Of a DNA stretch of 64,000 nt, positions 1-9,642 are shown piece by piece. Numbering within the stretch: position 1 is the first letter of the stretch; each line of letters opens with the position of its first letter. Location of the stretch: the IMG/VR virus record IMGVR_UViG_2920343190_000001; one strand, written 5' to 3'. Under the pieces are notes generated by a model, which had not been told where the DNA came from, did not search any database, and saw only the letters and a list, made by a program, of their open reading frames with translations. The stretch comes from a virus. Made by a program: the position numbers and the translations under genes.

Positions 1-407
1 GGATATAAATAAAATGTCAAAAAATTCTCTTCTTCTACTAATTCCTCTCTACTGTTTATATTTATATCGGTATATTTATACTCTATTAATAATCTAAATT
101 CAACTAACGATATTTATACAACTCATAATAGTGTACTATGGTGATTTTTATTTCCTATATTCAACTTTACATTCAACAACATATCCATAATGATTTTGAA
201 CTTAAAATCATTATATCTATAAATAAAGTCCTGTCGACCTTAGATAACGACAAAAGTGCCCGTCATCGACAGGACCCTATAATAGCCTATATTTAATACT
301 TTCATGAAAATAACAACTAAAAAATGTTGATAATCTGTTTAAAATATTATATATCGACAAAAAGGGGGCTTCTATGCTAATATAATCATAGATAAATAGA
401 AGCACCC

Positions 408-966
408 ATTTTAATCTGACCATAGTGGAATCTAAATTTGATTATCTTCATAATATCCGCAGGAGAATATTTAATTTTAATCTGACCATAGTGGAATCTA
501 AATTCAAGTAAAAATTCATAATCTAAACCTTGGGCTATGTCATTTTAATCTGACCATAGTGGAATCTAAATAGAAGTATTATGATTCTATCTCTTACATA
601 ATTTATAGATTTTAATCTGACCATAGTGGAATCTAAATACCACGATATGGGAGCATATATTCAATCGTTTAAATTTTAATCTGACCATAGTGGAATCTAA
701 ATTTGTCAGATATACGCGTTGTCTCTCCTCTGAAATATCATTTTAATCTGACCATAGTGGAATCTAAATAACAAATGATGTAACAGCCTTAGCTATTTCT
801 ACAATTTTAATCTGACCATAGTGGAATCTAAATATGCGAAATAGGTGGAAATTCACTGAGATAATTTCAATTTTAATCTGACCATAGTGGAATCTAAATT
901 TTTTAGTTAGCATAAATTCTCCTCAAAAGTTTTAACATTTTAATCTGATCATAGTGGAATCTATAA
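408..966 (+). CRISPR. CRISPR array, mirrored copy in the fold-back arm
   Basis: 9 repeats ATTTTAATCTGACCATAGTGGAATCTAAAT with the same 8 spacers as 5684-6242. Confidence 0.95.
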
Positions 967-2156
967 TTTTGGGATCCTAATATCAATTTTAAGGTCCTTG
1001 TAAAAATATTTACAATAAATATATAGCCAATGTCGAAGAGGATTTTTTTAATCCTTTTTTAGTTTCACAAAATATAATTATTACAGATTAAAATATTTAA
1101 GCAGTATCAAGCCCGGCTAAAAAAACATAGTAAAAGTAATATTTAAAAGTGGAAATAACGGGACTAAATATGAAGGATCAGAAAAGGATCAGAAAAAAAT
1201 TAATATAAATTTATTTATAAATGATATAATGAATACGATAGGAGCAGGGCAGTCAGTATATGATAAAATTTCAGATAGGTAAATTAACTTTTAAAAAATT
1301 TTTATTACATTGGATGGTTTCAATTATTCTAGTTGTAATTAGTTTTTTTTATTCTTAAAGAAAGTAACTTGAAAGAAATACTGGTAATAATAAGTATCTT
1401 TTCAATCTTCCTAGGAATGTTAGGTTCTATCCTATTAATAGCATTTGTAAAAGAGGTTATAGAAGATATTAATAATAAAGATTATAAGGTTGTAATAGCT
1501 ACAATTATATTTGCAAAATACTTTTTTAAATTATAAATGAAATTAATAGGGCCAACAAAAGAAGTTTGAATTCCTCTTTTGTTGACCCTTCCTTATTACA
1601 TTTCCTCAATAGTTGTTTTATTAATCATGAACTTTATTAGTGAAAATATAAAGAATGGTGAAGCTAATCCAAACGTTATTATAATCAATAATGTCCAACC
1701 TAATATAAACAATAAACTATCTCCAAAACTCACATCACATTTTAATCTTTTAGACATATTCAACTCTCCTTTATGTATCTAGTTACTAGATATATACTGT
1801 AATATATCAAAAGCTCCATCTGCAATAGTTTTGTTTTTAATTTATTTCTTTAAACTAAGTACTCGTCTTAATTTCCATTCATTGTTTATTTTTTCAAATA
1901 CTTTTACTTCTCTATTTTTGTTTAATTTGTCTATTAACTCCTCTACTATTATATCTTCATCCTGTAAAGAATTTACTATTTTTTCAAATATTATCGTACC
2001 TTTATTTTCTAGTAACAAAATTCTATATTGAATCTCTTCCATATTAATCAACCTCTTTTTTTTGTAAGTTTAACCATTTGTCTAATGTTGGTCTTGAAAT
2101 ATTATAAAATTTTGCTACCTTTACTTTTTTAAATTCAAAATTTATCATTGTTTCTT

Positions 2157-2597
2157 TTAAATCTTTTGGTATCTCTTTTTTAGGTTTTTATATTTACCTT
2201 TCTCTTTTGCTATAGCAATTCCTTCTCGCTGTCTCTCCAAAAGAATCTCTCTCTCAAATGTAGCTATCCCACCAATCACTGTCAACATAAGTTTGCCAGC
2301 AGGTGAAGATGTATCTATACTTTCTTTCAAACTTTTAAAAGTTGCTCCTTTAGCTGTTATAGATTCTGTTATTTCTAATAAATCTTTTGTATTCCTAGCC
2401 AATCTAGAAAATTCAGATACAATTACGACATCTCCTTTTCTTATAAAATTAAGCATTTCTTTAAGTTTTATTCTATCTGTATTTTTTCCAGATTTTTTAT
2501 CTATAAAAATTTCTTCGGCTCCATTTTCTTGAAGCGATCTAATTTGTCTTTCTTCATTTTGATCTATTGTTGAAACTCTTGCATATCCAACTTTCAC
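2157..2597 (-). CDS. Serine resolvase, mirrored copy (C-terminus frameshifted by a probable read error)
   Basis: Identical N-terminus to 4048-4602. Confidence 0.8.
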   Translation of the reverse strand: MKVGYARVSTIDQNEERQIRSLQENGAEEIFIDKKSGKNTDRIKLKEMLNFIRKGDVVIVSEFSRLARNTKDLLEITESITAKGATFKSLKESIDTSSPAGKLMLTVIGGIATFEREILLERQREGIAIAKEKGKYKNLKKRYQKI

Positions 2598-3477
2598 ATT
2601 TTCTCCTTTTTATTTTCATTTTACATTTTTTGTAATAAATAGTCAATGACTTAAGTTACAAAGAGTAAATTTATACAAATTACAAAGTTAGTTTACATAA
2701 CAACTATGTTTGTTTGATATGAGCAAAATAGGGTCTACCTTATTTTACAGTTTTCAATAAATTTAAAATTCAAAAAATAAAAAAGCGGACTAACGTCCGC
2801 TAAATTTTTTATCCCACACTTCTATAATCTGTAGTTTTTTTATAATATAAAGCTATATAACCTAATGTAAACATTATTTCATCAGTAGTATAATTATGAT
2901 TTCTGTTATTTTTAGTATATCCTATTATATTCATAGCTTTAAGATATATGTCTTCAGACATAGTAGGATGGTATGTAATATTATTTATCACTGTTAATCC
3001 AGAAGCTAACACGGATGAAATAAATGCTAGATTTTTTCTTTATCCATTAAATCTCTACAATGCTCTTCTTTTTTCCCCAATTTAGAACTGTAACTTCTTA
3101 AAAATATAATTATTTCTTCTAGTGATTTGCTCTCTAATTTTGTAACAACATTTTTATATTTATTCAATAAATTCTCCTTCGGCGTCTTGCCAAATAAATG
3201 AGAATATGGTATTATAATACTAGTTAAAAATCATAATACTATATTCCATAAAAATAAAAAGGTATAAATCGGCAAATTTATACTATCCATAATAATATAT
3301 GTAAATCGGCAAATTTAAATATATTATTAAATTTGCCGATTTACATATATTATTATGGATAGTATAAATTTGCCGATTTATACCTTTTTATTTTTATGGA
3401 ATATAGTATTATGATTTTTAACTAGTATTATAATACCATATTCTCATTTATTTGGCAAGACGCCGAAGGAGAATTTA

Positions 3478-3836
3478 TTGAATAAATATAAAAATGTTGT
3501 TACAAAATTAGAGAGCAAATCACTAGAAGAAATAATTATATTTTTAAGAAGTTACAGTTCTAAATTGGGGAAAAAAGAAGAGCATTGTAGAGATTTAATG
3601 GATAAAGAAAAAAATCTAGCATTATTTCATCCGTGTTAGCTTCTGGATTAACAGTGATAAATAATATTACATACCATCCTACTATGTCTGAAGACATATA
3701 TCTTAAAGCTATGAATATAATAGGATATACTAAAAATAACAGAAATCATAATTATACTACTGATGAAATAATGTTTACATTAGGTTATATAGCTTTATAT
3801 TATAAAAAAACTACAGATTATAGAAGTGTGGGATAA
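3478..3836 (+). CDS. Hypothetical protein (119 aa; intact at 51130-51489, single-base deletion here)
   Basis: GGAG RBS upstream of TTG; intact in second pass. Confidence 0.65.
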
Positions 3837-3843
3837 AAAATTT

Positions 3844-3866
3844 AGCGGACGTTAGTCCGCTTTTTT
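3844..3866 (+). terminator. Rho-independent terminator
   Basis: AGCGGAC-GTTA-GTCCGCT followed by a T-run. Confidence 0.7.
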
Positions 3867-3889
3867 ATTTTTTGAATTTTAAATTTATT

Positions 3890-4040
3890 GAAAACTGTAA
3901 AATAAGGTAGACCCTATTTTGCTCATATCAAACAAACATAGTTGTTATGTAAACTAACTTTGTAATTTGTATAAATTTACTCTTTGTAACTTAAGTCATT
4001 GACTATTTATTACAAAAAATGTAAAATGAAAATAAAAAGG
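3890..4040. promoter_or_regulatory. Candidate res site/promoter of the resolvase
   Basis: Non-coding AT-rich segment with imperfect dyads directly upstream of the resolvase, the usual position of res sites. Subsites not resolved. Confidence 0.35.
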
Positions 4041-4047
4041 AGAAAAT

Positions 4048-4602
4048 GTGAAAGTTGGATATGCAAGAGTTTCAACAATAGATCAAAATGAAGAAAGACA
4101 AATTAGATCGCTTCAAGAAAATGGAGCCGAAGAAATTTTTATAGATAAAAAATCTGGAAAAAATACAGATAGAATAAAACTTAAAGAAATGCTTAATTTT
4201 ATAAGAAAAGGAGATGTCGTAATTGTATCTGAATTTTCTAGATTGGCTAGGAATACAAAAGATTTATTAGAAATAACAGAATCTATAACAGCTAAAGGAG
4301 CAACTTTTAAAAGTTTGAAAGAAAGTATAGATACATCTTCACCTGCTGGCAAACTTATGTTGACAGTGATTGGTGGGATAGCTACATTTGAGAGAGAGAT
4401 TCTTTTGGAGAGACAGCGAGAAGGAATTGCTATAGCAAAAGAGAAAGGTAAATATAAAAAACCTAAAAAAGAGATACCAAAAGATTTAAAAGAAACAATG
4501 ATAAATTTTGAATTTAAAAAAGTAAAGGTAGCAAAATTTTATAATATTTCAAGACCAACATTAGACAAATGGTTAAACTTACAAAAAAAAGAGGTTGATT
4601 AA
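4048..4602 (+). CDS. Serine recombinase (resolvase/invertase family) with C-terminal HTH
   Basis: YARVST catalytic motif, DRxxL, EFSRLARN, FERE..ERQREG, C-terminal ISRPTL helix-turn-helix. Confidence 0.95.
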   Translation: MKVGYARVSTIDQNEERQIRSLQENGAEEIFIDKKSGKNTDRIKLKEMLNFIRKGDVVIVSEFSRLARNTKDLLEITESITAKGATFKSLKESIDTSSPAGKLMLTVIGGIATFEREILLERQREGIAIAKEKGKYKKPKKEIPKDLKETMINFEFKKVKVAKFYNISRPTLDKWLNLQKKEVD

Positions 4603-4804
4603 TATGGAAGAGATTCAATATAGAATTTTGTTACTAGAAAATAAAGGTACGATAATATTTGAAAAAATAGTAAATTCTTTACAGGATGAAGATATAATAG
4701 TAGAGGAGTTAATAGACAAATTAAACAAAAATAGAGAAGTAAAAGTATTTGAAAAAATAAACAATGAATGGAAATTAAGACGAGTACTTAGTTTAAAGAA
4801 ATAA
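4595..4804 (+). CDS. Hypothetical protein (69 aa), coupled to the resolvase
   Basis: Overlaps resolvase stop; GAGG RBS; present in all three passes. Confidence 0.6.
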   Translation: MINMEEIQYRILLLENKGTIIFEKIVNSLQDEDIIVEELIDKLNKNREVKVFEKINNEWKLRRVLSLKK

Positions 4805-4889
4805 ATTAAAAACAAAACTATTGCAGATGGAGCTTTTGATATATTACAGTATATATCTAGTAACTAGATACATAAAAGGAGAGTTGAAT

Positions 4890-5050
4890 ATGTCTAAAAG
4901 ATTAAAATGTGATGTGAGTTTTGGAGATAGTTTATTGTTTATATTAGGTTGGACATTATTGATTATAATAACGTTTGGATTAGCTTCACCATTCTTTATA
5001 TTTCACTAATAAAGTTCATGATTAATAAAACAACTATTGAGGAAATGTAA
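4890..5050 (+). CDS. Small membrane protein, DUF898/DUF6693-like (53 aa; intact at 52543-52704)
   Basis: AGGAG RBS; hydrophobic LLIIITFGLASPFF and terminal NKTTIE resemble that family. Confidence 0.5.
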
Positions 5051-5109
5051 TAAGGAAGGGTCAACAAAAGAGGAATTCAAACTTCTTTTGTTGGCCCTAT
5101 TAATTTCAT

Positions 5110-5388
5110 TTATAATTTAAAAAAGTATTTTGCAAATATAATTGTAGCTATTACAACCTTATAATCTTTATTATTAATATCTTCTATAACCTCTTTTACA
5201 AATGCTATTAATAGGATAGAACCTAACATTCCTAGGAAGATTGAAAAGATACTTATTATTACCAGTATTTCTTTCAAGTTACTTTCTTTACGAATATAAA
5301 AAAAACTAATTACAACTAGAATAATTGAAACCATCCAATGTAATAAAAATTTTTTAAAAGTTAATTTACCTATCTGAAATTTTATCAT
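5110..5388 (-). CDS. Membrane protein (92 aa, 2-3 TM segments)
   Basis: Hydrophobic segments; TATAAT and AGGAG upstream on the minus strand. Confidence 0.55.
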   Translation of the reverse strand: MIKFQIGKLTFKKFLLHWMVSIILVVISFFYIRKESNLKEILVIISIFSIFLGMLGSILLIAFVKEVIEDINNKDYKVVIATIIFAKYFFKL

Positions 5389-5616
5389 ATACTGACTGCC
5401 CTGCTCCTATCGTATTCATTATATCATTTATAAATAAATTTATATTAATTTTTTTCTGATCCTTTTCTGATCCTTCATATTTAGTCCCGTTATTTCCACT
5501 TTTAAATATTACTTTTACTATGTTTTTTTAGCCGGGCTTGATACTGCTTAAATATTTTAATCTGTAATAATTATATTTTGTGAAACTAAAAAAGAGGATT
5601 AAAAAATCCTCTTCGA

Positions 5617-5687
5617 CATTGGCTATATATTTATTGTAAATATTTTTTACAAGGACCTTAAAATTGATATTAGGATCCCAAAATTAT
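5617..5687 (+). repeat. Left copy of a 71-73 bp imperfect direct repeat bounding the CRISPR cassette
   Basis: CATTGGCTATATAT...AAATATTTTTTACAAGGACCTTAAAATTGATATTAGGATCCCAAAATTAT aligns with 6847-6919. Confidence 0.8.
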
Positions 5688-6242
5688 AGATTCCACTATG
5701 ATCAGATTAAAATGTTAAAACTTTTGAGGAGAATTTATGCTAACTAAAAAATTTAGATTCCACTATGGTCAGATTAAAATTGAAATTATCTCAGTGAATT
5801 TCCACCTATTTCGCATATTTAGATTCCACTATGGTCAGATTAAAATTGTAGAAATAGCTAAGGCTGTTACATCATTTGTTATTTAGATTCCACTATGGTC
5901 AGATTAAAATGATATTTCAGAGGAGAGACAACGCGTATATCTGACAAATTTAGATTCCACTATGGTCAGATTAAAATTTAAACGATTGAATATATGCTCC
6001 CATATCGTGGTATTTAGATTCCACTATGGTCAGATTAAAATCTATAAATTATGTAAGAGATAGAATCATAATACTTCTATTTAGATTCCACTATGGTCAG
6101 ATTAAAATGACATAGCCCAAGGTTTAGATTATGAATTTTTACTTGAATTTAGATTCCACTATGGTCAGATTAAAATTAAATATTCTCCTGCGGATATTAT
6201 GAAGATAATCAAATTTAGATTCCACTATGGTCAGATTAAAAT
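5684..6242 (-). CRISPR. Orphan CRISPR array, type I-B-like repeat: 9 repeats of 30 nt, 8 spacers of 34-38 nt
   Basis: Repeat ATTTAGATTCCACTATGGTCAGATTAAAAT starts at 5684 (degenerate), 5751, 5817, 5881, 5948, 6012, 6079, 6147 and 6213. Spacer lengths are 37, 36, 34, 37, 34, 37, 38 and 36. The degenerate repeat marks the trailer, so transcription is inferred to be on the minus strand. Confidence 0.97.
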
Positions 6243-6430
6243 GGGTGCTTCTATTTATCTATGATTATATTAGCATAGAAGCCCCCTTTTTGTCGATATA
6301 TAATATTTTAAACAGATTATCAACATTTTTTAGTTGTTATTTTCATGAAAGTATTAAATATAGGCTATTATAGGGTCCTGTCGATGACGGGCACTTTTGT
6401 CGTTATCTAAGGTCGACAGGACTTTATTTA
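6243..6430 (-). promoter_or_regulatory. CRISPR leader
   Basis: AT-rich. Minus strand carries GTCGACCTTAGATAACGACAAAAGTGCCCGTCATCGACA inside a GTCCTGTCGA/TCGACAGGAC inverted repeat (about 6375-6422). A GGGTGCTTCTA/TAGAAGCCCCC hairpin abuts the first repeat. Confidence 0.75.
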
Positions 6431-6665
6431 TAGATATAATGATTTTAAGTTCAAAATCATTATGGATATGTTGTTGAATGTAAAGTTGAATATAGGAAAT
6501 AAAAATCACCATAGTACACTATTATGAGTTGTATAAATATCGTTAGTTGAATTTAGATTATTAATAGAGTATAAATATACCGATATAAATATAAACAGTA
6601 GAGAGGAATTAGTAGAAGAAGAGAATTTTTTTGACATTTTATTTATATCCAAATAGGAGGAAGAT

Positions 6666-6815
6666 ATGAAATTAACATTTTTTGTAGCTTTAGCATTTAT
6701 ATTATTATTAACTGGCTGTAATAACAAAGAGACACGTAATTACAAAGTGAAAACAATAACAGCCGTTAATGATGGAAAAGAAGTTTATAGAAGTAGAGAA
6801 ATTATAGAATTTTAA
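6666..6815 (+). CDS. Small lipoprotein (49 aa), not in the ORF track
   Basis: AGGAGG RBS; MKLTFFVALAFILLLTGC signal peptide with LTGC lipobox; same ORF at 54319-54468. Confidence 0.8.
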   Translation: MKLTFFVALAFILLLTGCNNKETRNYKVKTITAVNDGKEVYRSREIIEF

Positions 6816-6846
6816 ATTAAAAAGGGGATTATTAGTCCTATTTTTT

Positions 6847-6919
6847 CATTGCCTATATATATTTGGTTGAAAATATTTTTGCAAAGACCTTAAAATCGAT
6901 TTTACGACCCCAAAATTAT
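6847..6919 (+). repeat. Right copy of the direct repeat bounding the CRISPR cassette
   Basis: Aligns with 5617-5687; contains perfect palindrome TAAAATCGATTTTA (6891-6904). Confidence 0.8.
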
Positions 6920-6992
6920 TGTTTAAAATTTATATTGCCGATTCTATATTTTTTTAGATAAAATATAGAAAAACAAACTTAGGAGTCTCGGT

Positions 6993-8107
6993 ATGAAAAA
7001 TAAGACTATTGAAATTTATAATTATGAAGATGAGACCGCAAAAACACAAATAACAATCAATTCACTTTTTAAAAATGATACAATTTTATTTGAACAAATA
7101 GATATAGAAGATATTAAGATATTTTTAAAGCATGGAATTTTTGCTATAAAAGGATATATTCGACACGGGGATGATATAAACGGTGAAAATATATTAAAAT
7201 TAAATAAATGGTGCAGAACGAATGGGGATAAAATAGAATGGTTAAAAAGAATTAATATAAAAATTGTCAGAAGCGGCTATGTCATTAGAGAATATGTATT
7301 TAATGGATTTGTAGCTGATTATATAGAGTTTTTTAATAAGGGAAAACATATGTTCTATGTAGTTATAAGACAATATAAATTACAACCTTTAGATGGCAGA
7401 GGAGAAACAGGAGCCGATAGTTTAAGTTCTTATGTTGGAAATATTGAAATTAAAGATGTATCTAACGAATTAATTATTTTACCTATGGACTGGAGTAAAA
7501 CTCTAATGAGTACCAGTAACTTAGCGGCAACAATTGGAATTAGTCAAACTATAAAACATAATCCTCTATCAGTATCGTTTATACTGATAGCACATACGAC
7601 AGGGATGATAACTGAATTTGTAGCAGATGTTTATTTTGTAGCTAAAGGCACCCCAGATAAGATGGGAAGTTTTAATATAACTAGAGATTGGTTTTATAAG
7701 CCTCTAGGGAATATTATAAAAGATTGGATTGAATATAGAAATCCATCTATAGAAATAAGCAATAATTTAGGAGAAGATATATATAACATTGGAAATCTTG
7801 CATTTTCTATTTTTGATTTAGGTGGAAAAGTTATAAACGGATATAAAGCATTAAAAAATATAAAAGGCGAAGGAATTTTATTTACGATTAAAATAAAAAT
7901 GTAAAAGTTAGTCGTTTTGGTAGAGAGTTGCAACCAACAAAATATATAGGATTAACACCATTGAAATCAACAGTGCAATTTACTAAAGATATGGGGCTTG
8001 ATATATATGCAACAAAAGAGGGATTCAAATCTGAATTAGAAAAAAGAGAAAAAATCTATCCTACAATAAATAATATAATAATGCCGAAAAATACAGATAT
8101 AAAGTAA
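6993..8107 (+). CDS. Hcp/TssD-like tube-domain fusion protein, candidate effector (371 aa; intact at 54646-55761, single-A deletion near 7900 here)
   Basis: N-terminal about 130 aa (KLNKWC...IVRSGYVIREYVFNGFVADYIEFF...FYVVIRQ) resembles the so-called membrane-associated protease 1/TssD-like family. C-terminal extension has a hydrophobic stretch. Confidence 0.6.
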
Positions 8108-8114
8108 GGGGGAT

Positions 8115-8411
8115 TTGATGAAAATTGATTTCAAAAAAATATTTATAAAATACATTATACCAGCTTTCCTTTTAGTTTTAGGATTTGTTGTATATACATA
8201 TTTAACAACTGGCTATATGGCTCCATTTTCAACACCAGATATAGGATTATTTTTTGTAGCTTTATTATTTATGTTTGCATTTTGGGCTTTACTAGATTAT
8301 TTTCAACATGTTACAGGTATATTGATGGCTGAAACATGGGTAAGTAGAATAATTTTTATTATAGTAGCTTTAGGGTTATTTTATATCTATAGAATCAACG
8401 GAAGAATATAA
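8115..8411 (+). CDS. 3-TM membrane protein (98 aa), candidate immunity protein
   Basis: Three hydrophobic helices; GGGGG RBS immediately after the upstream gene's stop. Confidence 0.6.
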   Translation: MMKIDFKKIFIKYIIPAFLLVLGFVVYTYLTTGYMAPFSTPDIGLFFVALLFMFAFWALLDYFQHVTGILMAETWVSRIIFIIVALGLFYIYRINGRI

Positions 8412-8438
8412 ATAATAATTGTAAATTTTCATAATATA

Positions 8439-8473
8439 AAAAGGCTCCTCAGTTTTATTTTGAGGAGCCTTTT
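8439..8473. terminator. Bidirectional terminator between the moron operon and the late operon
   Basis: AAAAGGCTCCTCA...TGAGGAGCCTTTT between convergent genes. Confidence 0.85.
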
Positions 8474-8480
8474 ATTTTTT

Positions 8481-8927
8481 TTAAGGTTTAAAAATATATA
8501 TTCCATTTTTGTCTGTGTGTATATCATCTACATGGATATATCCTTTTTTTAGAGTCACTTCTGGATCCTCGATTCTTGTAATCATATAATACTTTTCTTG
8601 ATTGTTAATAATTTTCTCGTAAACCTTTTTTATATCCATTCCAGGAACTTCAAAGTCTACACCTCTCCCCAGTACATGGGCACTTAAATATAATTTGTTT
8701 GATTTTACTTTATCTATTACAATGCTATCTAAAGTTGTTCTAAGCCCTCTTTGTGTTATCCCATGACTTGGTCTATTAACTAATACAGGAACCCCTAAAT
8801 CTTCTCTTAAGGTATCCAGGAACAACCAGATATTGTCGCTTATATATTTCCTAGCATCGTCTCCAAGTTTTTCATATACTTGTGGAGATACTAATTCTTT
8901 AACTTTAAAATATTTACTTTTGTACAT
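8481..8927 (-). CDS. Endolysin, zinc peptidase M15 family
   Basis: R...SAH..G.GVD and YIHVD zinc-binding motifs; adjacent to holin. Confidence 0.85.
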   Translation of the reverse strand: MYKSKYFKVKELVSPQVYEKLGDDARKYISDNIWLFLDTLREDLGVPVLVNRPSHGITQRGLRTTLDSIVIDKVKSNKLYLSAHVLGRGVDFEVPGMDIKKVYEKIINNQEKYYMITRIEDPEVTLKKGYIHVDDIHTDKNGIYIFKP

Positions 8928-8929
8928 AC

Positions 8930-9374
8930 CTAATCTCCTTCTACACTTTCTTTATGTTTTACTGAAGCTAAAATATTTTTAATTGGAGTAGGGATAGGAA
9001 AACCTAGATTTTCTAAGTTTTCCAAGATTGAAATACCCTCCATTATGATGCACGCATTTATTAACATTTCTCTCAGGGAAAATCCGAGGTCTTTTAATGC
9101 TCCTGATTTGTCAATTTGATACATTACAGTTATTGCAATATATATTGAAGGTTTCTTAAAAATAAATCCTTTATACATGGTATGAGAGAAAACATTTCCA
9201 TTTTTAACTCCTTTTAAAATACCCGTTATGACATCTAACACTGTTAGAATAAACAGAGATTCTAAAGCGTTATCAAAACCTCCTATAAGCGGAATAATAA
9301 AGCCTAAACAAAGGTATTTAAAAAGGTTCACCGTGTCTATTATTAAATTTTCTAGTATATTTTTTCATCATCAT
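8930..9374 (-). CDS. Phage holin, holin_4 family (147 aa; intact at 56584-57027)
   Basis: DVITGILKG, KK..IYI, EGISILENL..LGFPIP motifs. Confidence 0.85.
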
Positions 9375-9379
9375 CAGCT

Positions 9380-9625
9380 CTATGATAAAATATAATTAAT
9401 TAATTTTTCATTTAAATCATAAATCCAGGAATCAATATTGAAGATTTGTGGAAAAACGGAGTTAAGGATACAAACAATTAAAACTATTAAAGAAATTAGA
9501 GAAATAACAGGGGCATATTCTTTATGTTTTGACTGTTTAAAATCTTGGTCTTTTTCTGCATTTTTAGTAGTCTTGTCAAAAATTGTTAAAACTCTTTCAA
9601 TTATTGTTGCAATTGGAAATTTCAT
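9380..9625 (-). CDS. Small membrane protein in the lysis cassette
   Basis: One TM segment; position next to the holin. Confidence 0.55.
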   Translation of the reverse strand: MKFPIATIIERVLTIFDKTTKNAEKDQDFKQSKHKEYAPVISLISLIVLIVCILNSVFPQIFNIDSWIYDLNEKLINYILS

Positions 9626-9642
9626 TATAGGCTCCTTTTTCT

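Larger units (their letters stand above)
1..6650. repeat. Large fold-back inverted repeat; 1-3322 is the reverse complement of 3323-6650
   Basis: GTAAATCGGCAAATTT (3301-3316) pairs with AAATTTGCCGATTTAC (3329-3344). Resolvase, CRISPR array and small ORFs are mirrored. Position 1 (GGATATAAAT) pairs with 6641-6650 (ATTTATATCC). Confidence 0.97.

Noticed and set aside
3290-3345. Proven protelomerase telomere (N15/ResT type)
   Set aside because: The centre is not a perfect palindrome and no telomere resolvase was recognised. Kept only as an open question.
4048-4602. Resolvase as a Gin/Cin-type tail-fibre invertase
   Set aside because: It lies more than 5 kb from the fibre genes, with no inverted fibre cassette or crossover repeats visible. 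Multimer resolution fits better.
5714-6212. Self-targeting spacers
   Set aside because: By-eye comparison of spacer translations (e.g. KYSPADIMKII, DIAQGLDYEFLL, VEIAKAVTSFV) and sequences with the window found no match. A BLASTn is still needed to exclude partial matches.
5110-8411. cas or anti-CRISPR genes next to the array
   Set aside because: Neighbours are membrane proteins, a lipoprotein and a tube-like fusion. No Cas1/2/3/5/6/7/8 or RuvC motifs were seen, and no Aca-linked small genes were recognised.
3633-9331. Frameshifted ORFs (3633-3836, 4821-5009, 6993-7904, 8930-9331, 61490-62293, 62910-63425) as pseudogenes or programmed frameshifts
   Set aside because: Each is intact in another pass.
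9380-9625. Assignment as a spanin
   Set aside because: The single TM is central, and there is no periplasmic coiled coil or overlapping lipoprotein gene. Left as an unassigned lysis-cassette membrane protein.
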